Shown here piece after piece: positions 58,485-64,000 of a stretch of DNA of 64,000 bases. This stretch comes from an uncultured Ruficoccus sp. (GTDB lineage: Bacteria > Verrucomicrobiota > Verrucomicrobiia > Opitutales > Cerasicoccaceae), in NCBI GenBank assembly GCA_965140785.1, contig OZ223481.1, forward strand, positions 128,001 to 192,000. Direction: 5' to 3'. The position numbers and the translations under genes were made by a program. The notes below the pieces were generated by a model. That model saw only the letters and a program-made list of their open reading frames with translations, was not told the DNA's origin and ran no database searches. Each line of letters starts with the position of its first letter. The first letter of the stretch is position 1.

Positions 58485-58976
58485 ATGGCAAAAGCACGTC
58501 CGCAACTGATCCAGGCGCTCCGGGAAACGGCCCGGCAGATCGACGCCGGGGCGGACTACCACTGGGCGCACGCGGGCAAGTGCAACTGCGGCCACCTCGC
58601 CCAGGTCATCACCGGCCTGAGCCCGAGCGAGATCTTCCAGCGGGCGCAAAAGCACGAACTGACCGAGTGGTCCGAGTACGCCAACGATTACTGCCCCGCC
58701 AGCGGCGTTCCCATCGACGACATCATCCAGTGCATGCTAAAGGCCGGCCTCGAACGGCGCGACCTGCACCGGCTCGAATACCTCAGCGACGTGCGCGTGC
58801 TCATGGCCCTGCCCGGCGGCATGCGCTACCTGCGCCGCAACCAGCCAGTGGACGTCGCCCTCTACCTGCGCACCTGGGCCAGCCTGCTCGAACTCGAGCT
58901 CAAAGCCGCCCGCCGCCGCCGCGCCGGGGTGAAAGAATCGTCCGTGCCCGGCTTCTATCCCATCCACGGGTATTAA
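58485..58976 (+). CDS. Hypothetical Cys/His-motif protein
   Basis: Coding-like GC3 pattern; YHWAHAGKCNCGHLAQ, YCPASG and LEYLSD. Confidence 0.75.
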   Translation: MAKARPQLIQALRETARQIDAGADYHWAHAGKCNCGHLAQVITGLSPSEIFQRAQKHELTEWSEYANDYCPASGVPIDDIIQCMLKAGLERRDLHRLEYLSDVRVLMALPGGMRYLRRNQPVDVALYLRTWASLLELELKAARRRRAGVKESSVPGFYPIHGY

Positions 58977-59069
58977 GACCTACTTCGGCAGGAGACAGCC
59001 CGAGCCCGTCTGCGGATCATAAATCTAGCATTTATGATTTTAGACATCTACGAATCTATAAAGATCCCC

Positions 59070-60032
59070 CTACGGCTCGACGCGGAAAGTCATGACGATC
59101 GGGTAGTGGTCCGAGCCCAGTTCGGGACCTACCCATTCGGCCACCGGCACAATCCGCTCCGAGACGAAAAACTGGTCGATCGCGGTCCAGATAAACGGTA
59201 GCCCGGCGGGCCAGGTACGCCGGGGCATCCACCTGACCTGAGGCGAGCGCAAGCCGCTCTCCTTCTCGAATTTCTCGAAGAAGGGGGACCAGGGCGAGCA
59301 ATTCATGTCGCCCATGAGGATGACCGGGTCTTTCTGCTCGGCGCAAAGCCGGGCCAGGTCGCGCAGGGTGCCGTTACGCCAGCCCCAGGCATCCTGACTG
59401 ACCGGAGCCTGCGGGTGCATGGCGATGATCGTCACCGGGCCTTCCGGTAACTCGATCCGCACCGGCACGGTGCCGACGCCGCCCCAGGGGAATTTCTCCC
59501 CGATGATCGGGTAGCGGCTGAAAATCATCGCGCCCAGACCGCCCCGCCCCATCCGGCGCTCCTTTTTCTGCGGGTAAATCTCGTCCAGCCCCTCGTAGAG
59601 CGGCTCCATCGCGTTGGTGGCCTCGACGATGACGAAAATGTCCGGGTTCTCCCGGCGCACCCATTCGAGGATTTTGTCGAACTCGCGGTTGTGCGTGTGG
59701 ATGTTGAACGAAGCGGCCTTATACACTTGGCCCTCCGAGGCAGGCGCCGGTTTGGGCAGTCGGAAAATCTCCGCCCCGTTCCAGAAGAAAAAGACCAGGG
59801 CCAACACCAGCAGGACCGGGCGGCGGGTCAGGAGCAGAAACAGGCTCAACGCCCCCAGCACGACGAAGTACTCCATCCGGAAATGGCTCAGCCCGTCCAG
59901 CCGCCAATCTTTCTCTCCCCAGTAGCCGGCCAGCGTCAGCGCCATCAATGCGAGCACCAACAGCAGGCACAGCAGCGTGTTGAGCGTGCGCCAGGAGAGC
60001 AGGCCGTGCGGTTTATCATGTGCCCGATGCAT
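59070..60032 (-). CDS. Membrane-anchored endonuclease/exonuclease/phosphatase (YafD-like)
   Basis: Three N-terminal TMs; SFNI, PDIFVIVE, SRYP, GDMN, IDQ and GSDHYP. Confidence 0.9.
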   Translation of the reverse strand: MHRAHDKPHGLLSWRTLNTLLCLLLVLALMALTLAGYWGEKDWRLDGLSHFRMEYFVVLGALSLFLLLTRRPVLLVLALVFFFWNGAEIFRLPKPAPASEGQVYKAASFNIHTHNREFDKILEWVRRENPDIFVIVEATNAMEPLYEGLDEIYPQKKERRMGRGGLGAMIFSRYPIIGEKFPWGGVGTVPVRIELPEGPVTIIAMHPQAPVSQDAWGWRNGTLRDLARLCAEQKDPVILMGDMNCSPWSPFFEKFEKESGLRSPQVRWMPRRTWPAGLPFIWTAIDQFFVSERIVPVAEWVGPELGSDHYPIVMTFRVEP

Positions 60033-60122
60033 ACCGTAAGGGCATCACTGTGGCGGACTCGCGCGCAGTTTCAAGGCAGGAAAGAGTTGTCTTGCGCCGG
60101 GCGGGCGGTTTTTATCGGCGGC

Positions 60123-60533
60123 ATGGTTCAGCTCACGGCTTCCTACGACGGCGACCTGCACTGCACGGTCACCCACGGCCCCTCGGGGCAGATCATCTCC
60201 ACCGACGCCCCGGTCGATAATCAGGGACGCGGCGAGACCTTTTCCCCCACCGACCTGTGCGCCTCGGCATTCGCCACCTGCGTGGCCACGATCATGGGGA
60301 TCAAGGCCCGCTCGCTCGGCATCGACATCAAGGGCATGACCCTCTCGGTGGAGAAACACATGTCCTCCAACAGCCCGCGCCGCATCGCCGCGCTGCCCAT
60401 GACGGTCACCGTGTCCACCCCGACCACGCCCGAGCAACGCGCCGCCCTCGAACGGGCCGCCTACGGCTGCCCCGTCCACAACAGCCTCCACCCCGACATC
60501 GAAAAACCCATCACCTTCAACTGGCAGGACTAG
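60123..60533 (+). CDS. OsmC family protein
   Basis: TDAPVDNQGRGETFSPTDL...ATC...CPVHNSL. Confidence 0.92.
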   Translation: MVQLTASYDGDLHCTVTHGPSGQIISTDAPVDNQGRGETFSPTDLCASAFATCVATIMGIKARSLGIDIKGMTLSVEKHMSSNSPRRIAALPMTVTVSTPTTPEQRAALERAAYGCPVHNSLHPDIEKPITFNWQD

Positions 60534-60724
60534 TCCTGCACCTGTGATCCTGCGGATCACTGACACCCGCGCCAACGCGCGGGTGTGGAGAACGCCTAGA
60601 GACATCAGCCTCTTTATGGATAGCCCAGTTTTGATGCTGTTTGCGGATGCGCAGCATCGAAAGTGCAGACTAAAATGCTGGTCCAGCCGGACCTGCCGTG
60701 GGGCCTGGGGGCGCGCAGCCCCCA
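60524..60724. repeat. Hairpin mosaic: module C (60524-60560, overlapping the osmC stop) and module B (60624-60724)
   Basis: Matches 38408-38437 (reverse), 44332-44418 and 52262-52388. Confidence 0.8.
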
Positions 60725-60749
60725 TCATATTCAGTTTCCCGTCTCTCCC

Positions 60750-63620
60750 ATGACCACTGTCCGCCACCTGACCTGCTCTCGTCCCGGCTCGGCCTGGGAG
60801 GAGGCGGTGCGTCCGTGGTTCGAGTTGCTGGGCCGGGAAGCCTGGGCGGCGGACAAGCCCGTGGCGGCGCTGGTGCCCGACGGGGTCGCCGCCTCCGTGC
60901 TCAAGCGCCAGCTGGCCGAGGCCGGGCTGCCAGTGGTCGGGATCGATATCTTCACCCCCGGACGACTGCGCCACCGGCTGGCCGCCGCGCTTCCGCAGGA
61001 CAAGCCCGTGGCCGTGCGCGAGGAGCTGATCCTCTTTCTGCGGCTGGCCGCGCAGAATCTGCCGGATAACAGCTTTGCCCGGGCGGTGCTGGCCGATCCG
61101 CTGCCGTTTTTGCGCGACTTCGACGCGCTCGACGCCGCCGGGTGGACCGGGGAGGTTTTCCGCTTCGGCCCCGCCAACGAGCTGTTGAACGCCCTGCGCG
61201 GGCAGTTGGAAAGGGCCGGGATGCGGACTGCCCACGCCGCCGCCCGCCTGCCCGAGACCGCCGAACCGGTCTTCTCGCACCTCCTGGTGACGGGCTTCGG
61301 CCCGGCCCAGAGCGGGAACTTCTTTCTCCTGCAATCCGCGCTCGCCGCCAGTGAGGCGGCCACGGCGGTCTTTAGTCAACCGATCTCGGACGCCCCGCTC
61401 GACTACGCCTTTAGCGAAATCTGGGAAACCCTCCTCGGCCCCGCCGAACCGGCCCCCGGCATGCTGGAGTTCCCCGCCGCTGCCGCGGGCGAACCGGCCT
61501 TCCTCCTCGCGCCCGATCCCTGCGTGGAGGCAAGCCTGATCGCCGATCAGGTCGAGCGCTGGCTGGCCGAGGCAGAGAGCCCGCGCATCGGGGTGGTCTT
61601 CCCGCACGGCGGGCTGGCCCTGCCGCGCGAAGTCGCCCTCGCCCTCGAAGCGGCCCGCCTCCCCCACTACGACGCCGGGGGGCACGCCGCCGCCCGACCG
61701 GCAGGCTTTCAACTGCTGGAGGCCTGGCGGGCCATGCAGGAGAGCCAGCGGCTGCAGGAGGCGGTGGACTTTATTCGAGCCCTGCGCGCCCACCGCGAGC
61801 TTTTGCCCGAGCAGGCCGAGCGTTTGTTAAAAGTCCTGCGGGACACCTTCAGCGAGGCCATGACCGACGACCTCGCCGTGCTCCGGGCCGCCGGTTCGCA
61901 CCGGCCGGAGGCGGCGGAGTTTTTCACCCAATGGCCTCCCCTGCCCCCGAGCGAAACGCTGGAAGCCTACGCCGAGGCGGTCCGCCCGGTGCTGGAGCGC
62001 TTCGCCTGGCCCGAGCGGCTGGATTTCCTCAGCGAGCGTGTCGCCCTGCTGGCCCCCCGCCTGGAGGACCGGCTGGAGCGGACGGCCTTCCTCGGCTGGC
62101 TGGCCAAAATGGTGGACCGCCCCGGACGCGCCCGCAGCGAAATGGGCCGCCACCCGCTGGCCCGGGTCGCGCTGGTCACGGCTCAGGAAGCGCTCGCCGG
62201 GGACTGGACGCATCTGATTTTTGCCGGGATGAACGGACGCCAGTGGGAGCCGCCCGTCCCCGCCTCCGGCCTGCTGGACGAGAGCCTGATCCGCCGCCTC
62301 AACGAGCGCGCCGGCTACACCGCCGACGGCGTGGCGGACTTCGACGGGGAGCATGGCCGCCTGCTCGCTCCCGACGAGCAGACCGCGCTGACCGAATCGG
62401 CCTTCTGGCACCTTTTTAGCCAGACCGGGGCCGCCGTCACCTGCACCGCCGCCCGGCGCGACAATCCCGCCTCCACTCGTGCCAGCGCCGTCAACGACCT
62501 TTTCCTCAAAGCCTTTCACCTCGCCCGCGGCACGCTGCCCGACGAACCGGCCTGCGCCCAACTGGAGGCGCTCAGCCTCGCCCGGCTCCCTCCGGCCGAG
62601 AGCGCCCGCGCCTTTCCCGGCGAGGAGGGCTTCATCGGCGTGCACCAGAACCGCCGCAACCCCGCCCTGTCCTTCGACGGGCACTTCTTCGGCTTCGACA
62701 CGCCCCCGCCCGGCGGGCTGGACTTTTCCTTCTCGCAGTGGGAGGAGGTCTTTAAAAACCCCGGCTACACCTGGATCAAGCAGGCCGTCCGCGCCGATCT
62801 GGCCTGGAACCCCGACGCCGAGCGCTCGCTCGCCCAGGCCGTCGGGCTGTGGGTCCACGACTGGGTCAGCCCGCTGGTAAAGGACGGGACGTGGGTGCCC
62901 ATTCCCGAGCGTGAGCTGTGGCCGCAGATCGCCCGCGACAAGGCCGCCCGCGTCGCCCAGCGCCTGAGCGCCGCCTACGAGTCCGCCGGACGCCGCCTGC
63001 CGGACTGGTGGAGCGAGACCCACACCGGCGCCCTCGCCATGGCCGACTCCCTCATCGAGGCCGTGCTCGACGCCGCGCTGGAGGCCCTTCCCCGCGGCCA
63101 GTTGGCGAGCGAATATTCCCTGCCCGAGGGCACACTGGAGCTTTCCCCCGGCGACCCCGCCCTGCGCGTGCGCGGGCGCATCGACCTGCTCCTGCACGAC
63201 GGTCCCGACCCCGAAAACGCCCCGGGCCCGACCTGGCTGGTGGACTTCAAGACCGGCAGCCGCAAGCCCCTCACGACTAAGCGCTTCGCCGAGGGCGACG
63301 GGCTCCAGCTCGGCCTCTACGCCCTGGCCCTGGAGCAACTGGGCTTCGGCCCGGTCACGCTCAGCCTGCTCGTCCCCGGCGGCGCGTTAAAGCCCCAACT
63401 GACCGACGCCGACGTGCGCGCCGAGACCGCGCTGCTCGGAGCCGTCTCGGCCATCCACGCCAGCGGCATACTCGGACACCGGGGGGCGTTCCGCGACCGT
63501 TTCAAGTTCAGTGGCCATTACCCGCTGGCCACGCTCGTCATCGGCCCGGCCACCCTGAAAAGCAAGTGGCTGCTCACCCACCCCGGCCTCGCCCCGGACG
63601 AAGAGGAGGACGACGCATGA
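60750..63620 (+). CDS. AddB/RexB-like inactive helicase with C-terminal PD-(D/E)XK nuclease
   Basis: C-terminal RGRIDLLL...LVDFKTG...LQLGLY RecB-family nuclease; ATGA-coupled to the downstream helicase. Confidence 0.8.
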   Translation: MTTVRHLTCSRPGSAWEEAVRPWFELLGREAWAADKPVAALVPDGVAASVLKRQLAEAGLPVVGIDIFTPGRLRHRLAAALPQDKPVAVREELILFLRLAAQNLPDNSFARAVLADPLPFLRDFDALDAAGWTGEVFRFGPANELLNALRGQLERAGMRTAHAAARLPETAEPVFSHLLVTGFGPAQSGNFFLLQSALAASEAATAVFSQPISDAPLDYAFSEIWETLLGPAEPAPGMLEFPAAAAGEPAFLLAPDPCVEASLIADQVERWLAEAESPRIGVVFPHGGLALPREVALALEAARLPHYDAGGHAAARPAGFQLLEAWRAMQESQRLQEAVDFIRALRAHRELLPEQAERLLKVLRDTFSEAMTDDLAVLRAAGSHRPEAAEFFTQWPPLPPSETLEAYAEAVRPVLERFAWPERLDFLSERVALLAPRLEDRLERTAFLGWLAKMVDRPGRARSEMGRHPLARVALVTAQEALAGDWTHLIFAGMNGRQWEPPVPASGLLDESLIRRLNERAGYTADGVADFDGEHGRLLAPDEQTALTESAFWHLFSQTGAAVTCTAARRDNPASTRASAVNDLFLKAFHLARGTLPDEPACAQLEALSLARLPPAESARAFPGEEGFIGVHQNRRNPALSFDGHFFGFDTPPPGGLDFSFSQWEEVFKNPGYTWIKQAVRADLAWNPDAERSLAQAVGLWVHDWVSPLVKDGTWVPIPERELWPQIARDKAARVAQRLSAAYESAGRRLPDWWSETHTGALAMADSLIEAVLDAALEALPRGQLASEYSLPEGTLELSPGDPALRVRGRIDLLLHDGPDPENAPGPTWLVDFKTGSRKPLTTKRFAEGDGLQLGLYALALEQLGFGPVTLSLLVPGGALKPQLTDADVRAETALLGAVSAIHASGILGHRGAFRDRFKFSGHYPLATLVIGPATLKSKWLLTHPGLAPDEEEDDA

Positions 63621-64000
63621 GCGGCTTCCCTCCCCTGCCCGACCAGCGCGACCGCGACCGCTTCCTGAAGGAAACGGACCGGAACTTCTCCGTCATCGCC
63701 CCGGCGGGCGTGGGCAAGACCACGGCCATCGTCGGCCGCATCGCCAACCTCGGTGCCCAGGACGCCAACCGGGCCGAACCGCTGCTGCCACACCTGGCCG
63801 TCGTCACCTACACCCGCAAGGCCGCCGGCGAGCTGGAGGACCGCGCCCGACACAAGCTTCTGGAGCACGCCGCCGGCAACGAACGCCTGCTCCGGCTGTT
63901 CGGGAAAGCCTTTTTCGGGACCATCCACAGCTTTTGCCTGGAGCTGCTGCGCCGCCACGGCCACCACCTCGGCCTCTCCCCGGCACTGGAACTGGTCGAG
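63617..64000 (+). CDS. UvrD/AddA-like helicase (5' part, truncated by the window edge)
   Basis: Own translation: MSGFPPLPDQRDR...VIAPAGVGKTT (Walker A), VVTYTRKAAGELEDR (motif Ia) and FGTIHSFC (motif Ib). Confidence 0.88.
   Translation, partial: MSGFPPLPDQRDRDRFLKETDRNFSVIAPAGVGKTTAIVGRIANLGAQDANRAEPLLPHLAVVTYTRKAAGELEDRARHKLLEHAAGNERLLRLFGKAFFGTIHSFCLELLRRHGHHLGLSPALELVE

Noticed and set aside
59016..59040. ATCATAAAT-CTAGC-ATTTATGAT hairpin between convergent genes
   Set aside because: A single short AT-rich palindrome; insufficient support for a terminator or repeat call.
1..64000. rRNA, tRNA, CRISPR arrays, transposases, integrases and prophage genes
   Set aside because: None recognisable by eye; covariance-model scans were not possible.

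Overview
This is a GC-rich bacterial chromosome segment. The gene repertoire and style suggest Verrucomicrobiota (Opitutales/Puniceicoccaceae-like), which is an inference only. Bases 1-12.4 kb are minus-strand LPS and glycan genes: a PglC-type sugar transferase, a GDP-mannose 3,5-epimerase-like enzyme, a cupin, a GT4, a DUF4838-like protein, kdsD, kdsA, an O-antigen ligase-like protein, gmhA, a heptose kinase and ugd. Bases 12.9-30.6 kb are a partly lower-GC Wzx/Wzy polysaccharide locus. It unusually contains its own MurA and MurB homologues, two sulfotransferases, a pyruvyltransferase, an acetyltransferase and a truncated methyltransferase. It is bracketed by two copies of a ~160-bp palindromic element whose stems covary. 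The rest is mixed housekeeping and accessory genes: an AraC/Gfo/epimerase sugar module, a trypsin-like protease, an SMR pump, PolX, fcl, kdsB, wcaF, menE/menC, guaB, a 1431-aa chitinase with a second unassigned catalytic-looking domain and a structured leader, an acyltransferase, purA, a PfkA homologue with all catalytic motifs degenerate, a Na/Pi transporter, purB, osmC and addB/addA-like genes. Several families of modular hairpin (REP/BIME-like) repeats lie at gene 3' ends. Homopolymer indels in wzy, menC and purA suggest assembly errors. No rRNA, tRNA, CRISPR array or transposase was seen.
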